NCBI GenBank assembly: GCA_963729625.1
Contig: CAVSOU010000009.1
Location: 1-64,000, forward strand
Direction: 5' to 3'
Length of the DNA stretch: 64,000 bases
DNA from: an uncultured bacterium
GTDB lineage: Bacteria > Chloroflexota > UBA5177 > JANWHV01
Shown here: positions 38,971 through 49,525 of the stretch, piece after piece
Layout of the letters: every line of letters starts with the position of its first letter
Numbering within the stretch: position 1 is the stretch's first letter
The notes under the pieces: model-generated
What the model was told of the DNA's origin: nothing
Databases searched by the model: none
What the model saw: only the letters and a program-made list of their open reading frames with translations
Translations under genes and position numbers: made by a program

Positions 38971-39736
38971 CGCTGAAACTCCCTTGATCGACTAGGTCAT
39001 CGCCCGTGTAATGCCTGAACACATCGTCGAGGCTGGCGCCGGGATGCAACGAGGACTTCAGTGCGGACGGTGTGCCGATCGCGCGTACCGTACCGCGATG
39101 CATCATCGCCACGCGATCGCAGAGTGCGTCCGCTTCCTCCATATAGTGGGTGGTCAGCAGCACCGTGGTGCCGTCTTGCGTGCCCAAAGCTTGCACCCGT
39201 TCCCACACGCCCGACCTTGCGATCGGATCGAGGCCAACCGTGGGTTCGTCGAGAATGAGCACGCGAGGACGGTTGACCAGCGCTTGGGCGAGCTCGAGCC
39301 GGCGAATCATGCCGCCTGAGTATGTCGAGACCAGACGGTCCGCGGCGTCTTCCAGCCCCATAGCCTCCATCACCTCCGCTATGCGTTGCTTTCTCTCGCG
39401 TCGCGGCACATCGTACAGCCTGGCGAACAGCCAGACGTTCTCGTAGCCGGTCAACGCCGCATCGGCAGACAGCTGTTGCGGCACGTAACCGAGAAGTCTA
39501 CGAACAGCCATGGCGTCATGTTGAACGTCGCGGCCCATCACCAGTGCGTGTCCACGCTCGGGCGGCAAGAGCGTTGCAAGTATGCGGATGGTCGTCGTCT
39601 TGCCGGCGCCATTGGGGCCAAGCAGCCCGAACACCTCGCCCGACGATACGTCGAAGCTGGCTCCGTTCAGCGCGTGGGTGGCGCCAAAAGTCATCTCAAG
39701 GTCCACGCATTCGATCGCAGGGGTTTCAGGGTTCAT
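38930..39736 (-). CDS. ABC exporter ATP-binding protein (DrrA-like)
   Basis: GPNGAGKTT, YSGGM, LDEPTVGLD, TTHYMEEA. Confidence 0.93.
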   Translation of the reverse strand: MNPETPAIECVDLEMTFGATHALNGASFDVSSGEVFGLLGPNGAGKTTTIRILATLLPPERGHALVMGRDVQHDAMAVRRLLGYVPQQLSADAALTGYENVWLFARLYDVPRRERKQRIAEVMEAMGLEDAADRLVSTYSGGMIRRLELAQALVNRPRVLILDEPTVGLDPIARSGVWERVQALGTQDGTTVLLTTHYMEEADALCDRVAMMHRGTVRAIGTPSALKSSLHPGASLDDVFRHYTGDDLVDQGSFSDVRSTRRTARRLG

Positions 39737-40208
39737 CAGTCATACCCTCGAGCGAGCAGGCCAGGCGCTCGAGCACCGGAAGGCACGCAACAATGTGCTC
39801 GCGCTCGGCTGTTTCCAGTGAGTCGAGGGCTGTGGCCAGTACCGATGAGCGCATGTCGCTCCATGAGTTCATGCGTGCCACGGCCGCCGCGGTAAGCGTG
39901 ATGCGGGCCGAGCGGCGATCTCGGCTGTCGACAGCGCGCTCGACATAGCCTCTACGAGCGAGCTGATGCAGGAGCGTGCTCACCGTGTTCGATGCGAGTC
40001 CTAGAGACACTGCGACCTCGCGCGCCCGCAATCCCGGCTCACGAAGGAGCAGGCGAAGTATTTCGACTTGTGCTTGCGGCAGCGCCGGTCCTGTCAGAGC
40101 CTCGCGTACGCGCCTGCGCAGTGCGCGGTGCAGCCGGCTGAGCACCAGCGCAAGTTCCGGCCCGCCTCCACTGCCGGCGTCTACAGGTTGTTCGGATGAG
40201 GAAGACAT
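39726..40208 (-). CDS. MarR-family regulator
   Basis: SNTVSTLL..L...G.VER..D..DRR. Confidence 0.9.
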   Translation of the reverse strand: MSSSSEQPVDAGSGGGPELALVLSRLHRALRRRVREALTGPALPQAQVEILRLLLREPGLRAREVAVSLGLASNTVSTLLHQLARRGYVERAVDSRDRRSARITLTAAAVARMNSWSDMRSSVLATALDSLETAEREHIVACLPVLERLACSLEGMTDEP

Positions 40209-40470
40209 ACACCCTCACTGATTACATCTGTCTGTTACAGAACTATCTTCAAGTCCAGTATAGCATGTGACGCAGTGGTTTTGGCGCGATGCGGGGCGGC
40301 CTCGGCAAGCCAGGACCCCGATCCGTCGACGGTTTCACAGATCGGGGTCCTGGCTTCACTCACGTGGGTTAACGAGGCGCGTGCGCCTGCTGTGGCAATG
40401 AGTTCAGCTGCAGTGTGCCGTGCGGAATCCAAGAAGCCGCGACGAGCCAACAGGAAAACGCGGTCCGATG

Positions 40471-41335
40471 CTACTGCTGGTTGCCCTGGCTATCGTCCGG
40501 GAATGCCGCGACCTGAGCGGCGGGCATGCCGACGAGGATCCGCAGCGCGGTGATCGACGTGTTATCGGCACCGGCAGTGCCTTCGACCAGCACTCGATCG
40601 CCGACCTCGGCTCCGGGGGCGGTGACGCCCGGCACGGGCGAGGGCGAACCGCTCACAGAGGGCGTAGCGCTCAGCACTGGCGTGACACTTAGCACCGGCG
40701 AAGCGCTGGGCACGAGGGTGGCGCTCAACGCGGGGGTGGCGCTCGGCGCGGGCGTGCCATCTTGCGGACCGGTTCCAGTCCGACCCCCCGGACCGCGAAG
40801 CCACTGGCGCAGCGCCCGTGTTTGCAGCCATTTGGTGCTCTGCGTAGTGGCTACTGTAACGGTGTCGCCGCGATTCGAGAGTACCGTTAGCCCCGTGCCG
40901 CTCACAGTCTGCACTATGCCCTCAACTCGTGGCAGCAAGATCGTTACGCGCGTCGCGGCAAACGCGTGCGCGGTACGGTCGAACGACCCTGCGACCCGGA
41001 CCCACATACCTTGCTGAACTGCGGCGCCAGTCACCTGCGCACCAGCCTCCAAGAACGTGGTCGAGGGCACGACGGTAACAGCCAGCGGCAGAGTCTCTGG
41101 GAGGCTCAGAACCCATCCACCTTGAGAAGTAGTGGTCACAACTCCGGTCTCCATAGAGGCACGGAATGGGGCAATGCTGACCGTGGGACCAAACTTCTGC
41201 GGCATGGTAATACGACTTGCTGGTTGACCGTTCTTGAACCCTTTGCCTCCGCCCTTGGCGGCGTAAACACCGCTTGCGGACATGATAATACTCGCGATCA
41301 ACGCAGTCGCAACGAACAATTCGCCCCGTTCTCAT
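40471..41335 (-). CDS. Secreted DUF5666-like protein with an apparent 1-nt insertion near the start
   Basis: Repeated 'G..V.V.G....A..I' modules. The RBS-preceded ATG at 41335 is one base out of frame. Confidence 0.7.
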
Positions 41336-41575
41336 CGGTAGTATTCCCTCTTCCTCATCGCGCGTGCAGGCAATCTGACAGCCGTCACCAAAGTTCCCGC
41401 GTGAGGGTGCGGGCACGAGCGGAATTGGCATTCCGCTGCTTGAGGCCGGTCCTGGCATGTGACCACTATAGGCGATTTCCTGTAGGCACACCATCACCAG
41501 CACGGGGGGAACCATCTGGCGCGACGCGCGCACGCTGGGCGCGCACGTGAGGCCGAGACGTCAAATACTCCGTGC

Positions 41576-42767
41576 CTAACGATCAAGACGCAGGCCCACG
41601 AGGCTGCCAAGATCGCGGAGCACCGACGGCGCCGACACGTGCCCGAGACCCGTCAGATCCAGAAGACACTGCGCGGCCAGAGGCGTGTTCAGGTCGTCTG
41701 CCAGGGCAGCCACAAACCGATTTCGCACCTCCTCCACCGGCCCGGGCAGGTTGCCCTGATCGGCGGTAGCGGCAGCAGGATCCCCACCGCGCCGCACGGC
41801 GGCTTGCAGCGCCTCTGCGTCACGAGCCGCGACCTCCATCTCCTCGACGCGATACTCAAACGGCCTGCGGTAGTGGTGTCGCAGCAGGCAAAGGCGGATG
41901 GCATCCGGTGAATAGTGGGCTAGCAGCTCGCGCACCAGGACCAGGTTGCCGAGGGACTTACTCATCTTCACGCCGTCACAGAGCAGCGCGGCATTGTGCA
42001 TCCAGATCTTGGCGAATGGGACGATGCCAGTCGCACTCTCGCTTTGCGCAATCTCGCAGCTGTGATGGGGGAACACGAGAATCGTCGCCGCCTCCATGGA
42101 TGTCAAGGCGAGAACCCAGGTACCGTGTGGCCATGGCTGAGCATTCGATGTGCCAGCCTGGACGGCCCGCACCCCAAGGACTCGGCCAGCTCGGCTCGTC
42201 CGCGGCCGAGCCCTTCCAGAGCACAAAATCGAGCCTGCTACGCTTGTCCGGGTTATCGGGGTCGTCACCGGTCTCGGCGAATCGCGCCTCCATCTGCGCA
42301 TGTGACAGTCCGGCGAGGCGCCCGAAATCCGGTGCTGACGTGCTGTCAAAGAACACCTGGCCGCCGGATCGATAGGCGTTGCCCTTCTCGAGCAGCGCGC
42401 CGATCATATCGATCATCGCGGGAATCTCCGCGGTAGCGCGCGGGTAGTGGGTTGGCGGAAGTATATTAAGGTCCTCCATGTCGCGCTGATACTGCGCAGT
42501 CTGCTCTCGGCCGAGCACGTCCCAGGGCACGCCGATCTCGCGCGCCTTGCGCAGGATATCATCGTCGATGTCCGTGACGTTCTGGGTATAGCGAACCTCG
42601 TGCCCGAAGAACCGGAGGGTGCGGATCAAGACGTCAAACGCGGCGTAGCTAAACGCGTGTCCGAGATGCGTGGTATCGTATGGTGTTACGCCACAGACGT
42701 ATATGCGTACGATTGGTCCGGGCGCGAAGTCCTCCGGGGTTCTTGACATCGTGTTGAATATCCGCAC
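41576..42767 (-). CDS. Short CysRS/MshC-like ligase with a 1-nt frameshift at ~42080
   Basis: YVCGVTPYDTTHLGH, NVTDIDD, GRPGWHIECS, HGGG.D|LVFPHH, KMSKSLGN, DDLNTP. No anticodon-binding domain. Confidence 0.85.
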
Positions 42768-43098
42768 GAGCAGCTCCGTTCATTTCACAAAGGCGATCAT
42801 CAAGGATCGTCACGCGTAGATTCTATGGTACTCCAGCCGCCGTGGCCGGACGCAGTTCCGAGAAGGTGGTAAGAGTTCAGAGTTGAGGCAAAGCAGTCCG
42901 CAGCGCCTCGACGCACGAAGAAGGTGGCTAGCTCCGAGGGAAGCAAAGGTGTACGCTGGAAAGCGGTGGTAAGCATCTCGACAACACGGTGGCGGTCGCG
43001 GCTGCAAGGAAAGGACAGGTCAGCCGGGGACAGGGTAGCGTCGGGTTGCCGGCCACGTGCGGGAAGCGTGAAGCAGTGTAGCTTCGAGGGGAACAAAT

Positions 43099-43272
43099 AT
43101 GGCCGCCTACGAGTTCGAGTGTCAAGCCTGTGGCGAGCGATTTCAGGTGACGTTGCCAATGCGTGATTACAAGCAGCTCAAAGAGCAGGCGCCGGCATGC
43201 CCCAAGTGTGGTGAACGCAAGACGCGCCAGCTCGTCTCAGCATTTGGCTGCAAGACTCCCAGCGCATACTGA
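43099..43272 (+). CDS. FmdB-family zinc-ribbon protein (57 aa, not in the ORF track)
   Basis: MAAYEFECQACGERF...CPKCG...QLVSAF, with a GAGGGG RBS. Confidence 0.85.
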   Translation: MAAYEFECQACGERFQVTLPMRDYKQLKEQAPACPKCGERKTRQLVSAFGCKTPSAY

Positions 43273-43331
43273 TCCGCCCCGGTCGCCGTAGGCGCCAAGC
43301 GCGATCGTGATGCTCCGGGGCGAGAACGAAA

Positions 43332-43359
43332 GGGGAGGGAGGCTTTCGCGTCCCTCCCC
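43332..43359. terminator. GC-rich hairpin downstream of the zinc-ribbon gene
   Basis: GGGGAGGGA-N10-TCCCTCCCC with no clear U tract. Confidence 0.35.
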
Positions 43360-43778
43360 CTCTGGCCGACCATACGACCGGTGTCTGTTCCCACAGGCTT
43401 TGCGCCACACACCAAGCGTCTAGCTGTGCTATTCCGCCGCATTCGTTCCTCGAAAGGTAGGAAGCTCGAAGACTCGTGCACTGCGCATGTGTACACTCAA
43501 CAGTCTGGCGTGAGCGCGGCCTACTCCACTACAGCCCAGCAATCCTACGGACACTGACGTCGCGTAGCCTACAGGATCGCCAAGCCAATGTCAGTCGATC
43601 TGGAACACTCCAAAGACCAGGTGTGGCTTCCTGCGTGAATACATCGGAAGTCTCCAGTCCAGGCGCTGGTTGGGAAGCTGTCGGCCTCCAGGTACCCACG
43701 CTATGCAGATCGTCCTACGCGGTGCAGAGACATGAGTCAACAAGCTTTCACTGGTAAACAGTTTGAGGAGGATTTGGA

Positions 43779-45377
43779 ATGGATGACGAAGTCTTGAGCC
43801 TGTTCGGCGCATACCGCGAAGGAAGGCTCTCGCGTCGAAGTTTCGTGCAACAGGGTGTGGCACTGGGTATGACGGTGTCGTCGCTTGGCATGCTGATGCA
43901 CGGCGCCGGACGTGCGCGCGCCGCATCTGAGATGGCGGTGGCCACGGTTAAGAGGGGCGGCACACTGCGCGTGGCGGTGGTCCCTCCAACGACCCCTCTC
44001 GATCCGGCACTCATCGGCGACGTCGCCACCATCCTTATCGGCGACGATGTCTATAGCTTTCTGGTTCGCCTCGACCACAACCTCGTTCCATACCCGGACC
44101 TGGCAGTCAAATGGACTGTCTCGACCGATGGGCTGACCTGGACCTTCCCGCTTCACAGGAATGTGAAGTTTCACAGCGGCAAGGCGTTCACCGCCGACGA
44201 CGTGTTGTACACGGTGCAACGGACACTGAACCCAAAGACGGGGTCGCCGGTGGCAAACCTGTTCCAGGGGATCGCCAAGATGGTGAAGCTGGACGAATAC
44301 ACCGTGCAGTTCACGCTCAAGGCGCCAGATCCGGACTTCCCGGTAAACTTCGCCGACTATCACATGTGCATACTCGAGAACAACTACTCCGGCAGCTTCA
44401 CGAAGAGCCCGTCCGGTACGGGCCCCTTCATGTTGAAGGAGTATGTGCCTGCCGACCATGCTACGCTGGTGCGCAACCCAAACTATTTCGAACCCGGTTT
44501 TCCCTACCTTGACAGCATCAAGCTCGTATTCCTTCCCGATGTGTCGACGCAAGTCGCCGCCCTGAAGTCGGGCACAATCGACGCCATGACCCATATCACC
44601 CCCACGCAGGCCGAGGGTGTAATGGGGGTGTCGGGGATCCACGCCCCTGCCATCGGCGGCACCGGCTTCAACAACTTGCGTATGCGCTCGGACATGAAGC
44701 CTTACAGTGATCCTCGCGTAAGGATGGCGTTCAAGCTGGTGACCGACCGGCAAGCGATCAATGCAGCGGTCCTGCGGGGCGTCGGTACGATTGGTGACGA
44801 CCACCCGATCGCGCCTGCGTACGGCGAGTGGTACACGAACATCGGCACCCGCCCGCGCGACGTCGCGAAGGCCAAGGCTCTGCTTGCCGAGGCCGGCTAT
44901 CCAAAGGGCCTCACCGTCACACTGACCACACAGGCGGCGTACGGCGGCTCGGACTTCGCGGTTGCGTACCAGCAGCTTGCCGCCGATGCCAACATCACGA
45001 TCAACATCGTTCTGGACGGCGGAGGACAGTATTTCGGCACCGACTGGACGACAGTTCCGCTTGGCATAACGTCCTGGGGGGCGCGTCCAGTGGTTAGCCA
45101 GATACTGCAGCAACTCTATGTTACCGGCCAGCCGTACAATGAGGCTCACTACAGCAACAAGACGCTGGATGCGCTCATCGCTGCGTCAGCGTCCGAGTTG
45201 AACATAGGCAAACGCAAGGCATTGTACAGGCGGATAGAGCAGCTAATCAGCGATGACGGGCCTTCGATCATCCCGATCTTCACCACGTTTGTGTTCCCGT
45301 ATAGCGACAAGGTCCAGGGTTACCAGCCGATGCCAAACACGTTCCAGTACTACAAGAGTGTGTGGCTGTCGTCATAG
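43779..45377 (+). CDS. Peptide/nickel ABC substrate-binding protein with a Tat signal
   Basis: SRRSF, VKFHSGKAFTADDV, GTGPF, D.RVR.A. Confidence 0.93.
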   Translation: MDDEVLSLFGAYREGRLSRRSFVQQGVALGMTVSSLGMLMHGAGRARAASEMAVATVKRGGTLRVAVVPPTTPLDPALIGDVATILIGDDVYSFLVRLDHNLVPYPDLAVKWTVSTDGLTWTFPLHRNVKFHSGKAFTADDVLYTVQRTLNPKTGSPVANLFQGIAKMVKLDEYTVQFTLKAPDPDFPVNFADYHMCILENNYSGSFTKSPSGTGPFMLKEYVPADHATLVRNPNYFEPGFPYLDSIKLVFLPDVSTQVAALKSGTIDAMTHITPTQAEGVMGVSGIHAPAIGGTGFNNLRMRSDMKPYSDPRVRMAFKLVTDRQAINAAVLRGVGTIGDDHPIAPAYGEWYTNIGTRPRDVAKAKALLAEAGYPKGLTVTLTTQAAYGGSDFAVAYQQLAADANITINIVLDGGGQYFGTDWTTVPLGITSWGARPVVSQILQQLYVTGQPYNEAHYSNKTLDALIAASASELNIGKRKALYRRIEQLISDDGPSIIPIFTTFVFPYSDKVQGYQPMPNTFQYYKSVWLSS

Positions 45378-45461
45378 CGACGTCAGCCGGCGGAGGGGGC
45401 CAGCGCTTGTTGCCGGCCCCGGCCGTCATACGGCGCGATACCCCAGCCTTGGAATGAGTGG

Positions 45462-46406
45462 ATGAGACGATTTATAGTTCGACGCTGTCTGCTGATCGTT
45501 CTCGTTCTGTTCCTGGTCTCTCTCATAGTGTTTCTCGTCACCAGCATCCTTCCAGTAGATACTGCTCAGGCAATTCTCGGCCAGTCAGCAACGCCCGAGG
45601 CGCTCAGAGCCTTACGCCACACCCTTGGGCTCGATCAACCGCCAATCGTTCGTTACTTCACCTGGCTTGGCAACCTGCTGCACGGTGACCTCGGCGACTC
45701 GCTGACTTACCAGGTGCCAATTGCTCCCCTGTTGCTCGACAAACTCGGCAACTCGGCGATCCTGGCGGGCGCTGCATTCCTCTTCACGGTGCCGGTCTCG
45801 CTGCTGCTTGGCGTCGTTGCGGGGCTTAACAAGAACCGCTGGCCTGACGCCGTCATTTCGCTGGTCTCTCTGTTGGCGGTCGCGCAGCCGGAGTTCGTGA
45901 GCGGTACGTTCTTGATTGCGATATTCGCCTCATGGCTGCACTGGCTGCCGGCCACCAACACCTTTGATTCAAGCACTGGACTCTGGCCGCTCGTCCAGTC
46001 GTTCATCATGCCGGTGCTCACGCTTTCGCTTGTGCTGCTAGCATATATCGCCCGTATGACGCGCACCAACGTGATCGACGTCATGGAAACGGAGTACATA
46101 CGCACGGCGACGCTGAAAGGCATGCCCTACCGGACGGTAGTGGCGCGACATGCCTTACGCAATGCGCTTTTGCCGTCCATCACGATTATTGCCTCGAATG
46201 TCGGCTGGCTTCTGGGAGGGATCGTGGTAACGGAAAGCCTGTATGGTTATCCCGGTCTTGGCCGACTGCTTCTTCAGGCCGTTCAGGGACGCGACGTACC
46301 GCTGCTGCAGGACATCACCCTGCTGATTGCACTGGTGTTCTCCCTGTCGAATCTCGTAGCGGATGTCCTCTACGTGCTGCTCAATCCTCGCGTTCGGCTG
46401 GCCTAG
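45462..46406 (+). CDS. Peptide ABC permease (DppB-like)
   Basis: LGLDQP...GDLG.S, HALRNALLP, NPRVR. Confidence 0.93.
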   Translation: MRRFIVRRCLLIVLVLFLVSLIVFLVTSILPVDTAQAILGQSATPEALRALRHTLGLDQPPIVRYFTWLGNLLHGDLGDSLTYQVPIAPLLLDKLGNSAILAGAAFLFTVPVSLLLGVVAGLNKNRWPDAVISLVSLLAVAQPEFVSGTFLIAIFASWLHWLPATNTFDSSTGLWPLVQSFIMPVLTLSLVLLAYIARMTRTNVIDVMETEYIRTATLKGMPYRTVVARHALRNALLPSITIIASNVGWLLGGIVVTESLYGYPGLGRLLLQAVQGRDVPLLQDITLLIALVFSLSNLVADVLYVLLNPRVRLA

Positions 46407-46408
46407 TC

Positions 46409-47338
46409 GTGGCTGATTCGGCGGACCTCCTGGAAGACGCACCGCGCACTCATGGCGCTCGGCGACTAGCGCGCCGCCGCCTCGCGTGGTGGGTGGCTCA
46501 GGCACGCGAGCAACCGCTCGCGGCTCTCGGCGCCGTCTTGGTGCTGGCGTGGATCGTGACCGCGGTATTCGCCCCGCTCATCGCGCCATACGACGCGATA
46601 AGGGGCAGCTTTAGACTTCAGGACCTGCAGGCAGCTCCCAGCGCGAGCCATCTCTTTGGCACCGACGATCATGGCCGCGACATCCTGAGTCGTGTCATCT
46701 TCGGCAGTCGTTCCGTGTTGCTGCTGAGCGGCATATCGACCCTGGCGTCGCTTATTTGCGGAACGAGCATCGCGCTTGTAGCGGGATATTATGGCAGCAT
46801 TGTGGACGAAATCCTGATGCGCATTGCGGACGCTGCCATGGCCATGCCTGCGGTGCTACTTGCGCTTCTTATCGTGGCAATGGCCGGGCCGGGCAATGTC
46901 GGCCTGTTCGTGGCCACGGTACTGGTCTTTTCGCCTCTGGTGGCGCGGGTAGTTCGGAGCGCGGTGCTGCCACTCGTGGATCGCGAATTTGTCGCGGCTG
47001 CGCGGCTTCGAGGCGAGCGTGGGCCATCGATAATGTGGCGCGAGCTGTTACCGAACCTTCTCGGCGTGCTCGCAGTCGAAGGCTCGATCCGGCTTGGCTA
47101 CGCGATCTTCATGATTGCATCACTCGGCTTTCTCGGCGTCGGCGTTCAGCCACCAACCCCCGACTGGGGAGTGATGGTCAGCGAGGCGCAGCAATATGCG
47201 TCTGTTTCGCCATGGATGGTGATATTCCCCGCCCTGGCCATCTCCAGCCTGGTGGTCGGGGTGAATCTGGTCTCGGACGGCGTCAAACAGCTCGTCACCG
47301 CTCTCGATCAGCGCAGCGCGGAGGATGAGGGAGAGTGA
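46409..47338 (+). CDS. Peptide ABC permease (DppC-like)
   Basis: HLFGTDDHGRDILSR, LGFLGVG..PP.PDWG. Confidence 0.93.
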   Translation: MADSADLLEDAPRTHGARRLARRRLAWWVAQAREQPLAALGAVLVLAWIVTAVFAPLIAPYDAIRGSFRLQDLQAAPSASHLFGTDDHGRDILSRVIFGSRSVLLLSGISTLASLICGTSIALVAGYYGSIVDEILMRIADAAMAMPAVLLALLIVAMAGPGNVGLFVATVLVFSPLVARVVRSAVLPLVDREFVAAARLRGERGPSIMWRELLPNLLGVLAVEGSIRLGYAIFMIASLGFLGVGVQPPTPDWGVMVSEAQQYASVSPWMVIFPALAISSLVVGVNLVSDGVKQLVTALDQRSAEDEGE

Positions 47339-49428
47339 TATCCACGCCGCTTTTGGAAGTGCGAAACATGAGCGTCTCCTACCGGCACGGCCGGGTTTCG
47401 ATTCCGGCGCTGAGAAACGTATCCCTGACCTTGAGCCGCGGCGAGGCATACGGCATCATCGGTGAGAGTGGCTCGGGCAAATCCACCCTGGCCTTTGCAA
47501 TCATGCAGTACCTCGGCAGTGGGGGCTTCATCGACTCAGGCGCAGTCCTCTTCGAAGGCAATGACCTCACACGCATCAGCGATAGTCACATGCGCGCGCT
47601 TCGCGGAAATCGCATCGCCATGGTGTATCAGCAACCGCAGGCAGCTCTGAATCCATCCATTCAGCTTGGCGCCCAGGTCGCCGAAGTGTATCGCATTCAC
47701 GGTGACGCCTCGAAAGAAGAGGCGCGGGTGCGGGCCCTGGAGATGCTGGAGCAAGTTCGCATCAACGATCCCGAGGCCGTGTCTCGCCTCTACCCGCATC
47801 AGGCCAGCGGAGGCATGCAACAGCGCGTGGTCATCGCCATGGCGCTTGCGCTTCGGCCAGACTTGCTTCTGCTAGACGAGCCAACGACTGCACTCGACGT
47901 TACCACTCAGGCAGCTGTTCTTGAGTTGCTTGAAGAACTGCGGCTCCAGTTCGGGACGGCGCTCATATTCATCGCGCATGATCTCGCGATGATCGCGCGC
48001 ATATGCGATCGAATCGCGGTCTTGTACGCCGGCGAGATAGTGGAAGAGGCGAGTCTCCGCGATCTGTTTCGATCACCGCATCATCCGTACACTGCCGGCC
48101 TGATGGAGTGCCTCCCGGCACGTGGGACCGCGCTGATACGCCAGCCGCTGTCGCCTATCCCGGGGCGCCTGCCGAGTCTGGCGCGTCTACCTTCCGGCTG
48201 CGTGTTCGAACCGCGATGCCGGTATGCACGGCACGATTGCAGGCAGTCGCGGCCCGAACTCGCGGAAACATATCGGAACCGCCGGGCACGTTGTTTCTAC
48301 TGGAAGGAGGTGCACATCAGGACGCCGGGCGCCGATTCCCCGGCGAGCGTCGCAGCGACCCCGTTGGCGAACGCAGCCGGGCTCGAACCGGATTCGCGCT
48401 TGATGAGTCTCGAGCGCATCGAAAAGTCCTTTGGTCCGCGCCTGGCGGCGGCACATGTTTTGCGCGGCGCACGCCGGAACGCGCAGGTACTGGACTCCGT
48501 GAGTTTCGAGGTGGACAAGGGCCAGACCGTGGGCCTGGTGGGCGAGAGCGGCAGCGGCAAGACAACGCTCGCGCGCTGCATTCTTGGGCTGAATGCGTCC
48601 GACAGCGGTCGCATAATCTTCGGGGCTCGCGATCTCCCTTTGCGTATCGAGCGCCGCAGCGCCTCGATGCTGAGAGAGCTGCAGATGGTGTTCCAGAATC
48701 CGGATATGTCGCTCAATCCGCGGCACACGATACGCGCGATTCTTGTGCGGCCGCTCAGACTGCTCGGCCGTCTTGGGCGGAGAGAGGCGGAGGCAGCAGC
48801 CCGCGATCTGCTGCGTTCGGTGAACCTCGACGAGCGCTTTCTCGATCGGTATCCGTCGCAGCTCAGCGGTGGTGAGAAGCAGCGCGTGGCGATCGCGCGA
48901 GCCTTTGCAGCCCGTACCAAGCTAGTGATCTGCGATGAGCCGGTGTCCGGGCTGGACGTGTCCGTGCAAGCCACGGTTCTCAACCTTCTGCAGGAATTGC
49001 AGCGACGCTGGGGCACGGCGTACCTGTTCATTTCGCATGATCTGCAGGTGGTGCAATACCTGGCCGATCGCGTGGTCGTCCTGTATCGGGGTCACATCGT
49101 GGAGACCGGCACGACGTTCCAGGTATTCAGCGGTCCAAACCACCCGTACACGGAGCTGTTGCTGACCGCAATTCCCAGGCCTGACCCCGACGCGCCGCGC
49201 AATCGCCTTGCCTTGGAAAGCGAGACGAAGTCGGAGTCGAATGATCCCGGCGGCTGTCCGTTCAAGGGGCGCTGCCACCGAAGAATCGGTCCCATATGTG
49301 ATGAGGAGCGTCCGCCTCTTCGCGCGATTGGCGCCGGCCACCTGGCGCTATGCCATCTTCCCGTAGACCAACTACCCTCGGTCTCTCCAGTGGGCGTCAG
49401 TCCCGGCTTCGATAGGGCGGGAGCATGA
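47335..49428 (+). CDS. Fused double peptide ABC ATPase (DppD/F-like)
   Basis: Two GESGSGK motifs, SGG signatures, HPYT and Cys-rich tails. Confidence 0.93.
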   Translation: MISTPLLEVRNMSVSYRHGRVSIPALRNVSLTLSRGEAYGIIGESGSGKSTLAFAIMQYLGSGGFIDSGAVLFEGNDLTRISDSHMRALRGNRIAMVYQQPQAALNPSIQLGAQVAEVYRIHGDASKEEARVRALEMLEQVRINDPEAVSRLYPHQASGGMQQRVVIAMALALRPDLLLLDEPTTALDVTTQAAVLELLEELRLQFGTALIFIAHDLAMIARICDRIAVLYAGEIVEEASLRDLFRSPHHPYTAGLMECLPARGTALIRQPLSPIPGRLPSLARLPSGCVFEPRCRYARHDCRQSRPELAETYRNRRARCFYWKEVHIRTPGADSPASVAATPLANAAGLEPDSRLMSLERIEKSFGPRLAAAHVLRGARRNAQVLDSVSFEVDKGQTVGLVGESGSGKTTLARCILGLNASDSGRIIFGARDLPLRIERRSASMLRELQMVFQNPDMSLNPRHTIRAILVRPLRLLGRLGRREAEAAARDLLRSVNLDERFLDRYPSQLSGGEKQRVAIARAFAARTKLVICDEPVSGLDVSVQATVLNLLQELQRRWGTAYLFISHDLQVVQYLADRVVVLYRGHIVETGTTFQVFSGPNHPYTELLLTAIPRPDPDAPRNRLALESETKSESNDPGGCPFKGRCHRRIGPICDEERPPLRAIGAGHLALCHLPVDQLPSVSPVGVSPGFDRAGA

Positions 49429-49525
49429 ACGTTTGGCGACGGTATTGACCAGCGGATGCGCGATGTGATGTCATATTATTGACGATCCGCCCTCGAAGGC
49501 AGTCGTTTCGTAGAGGAGGGGCAAC

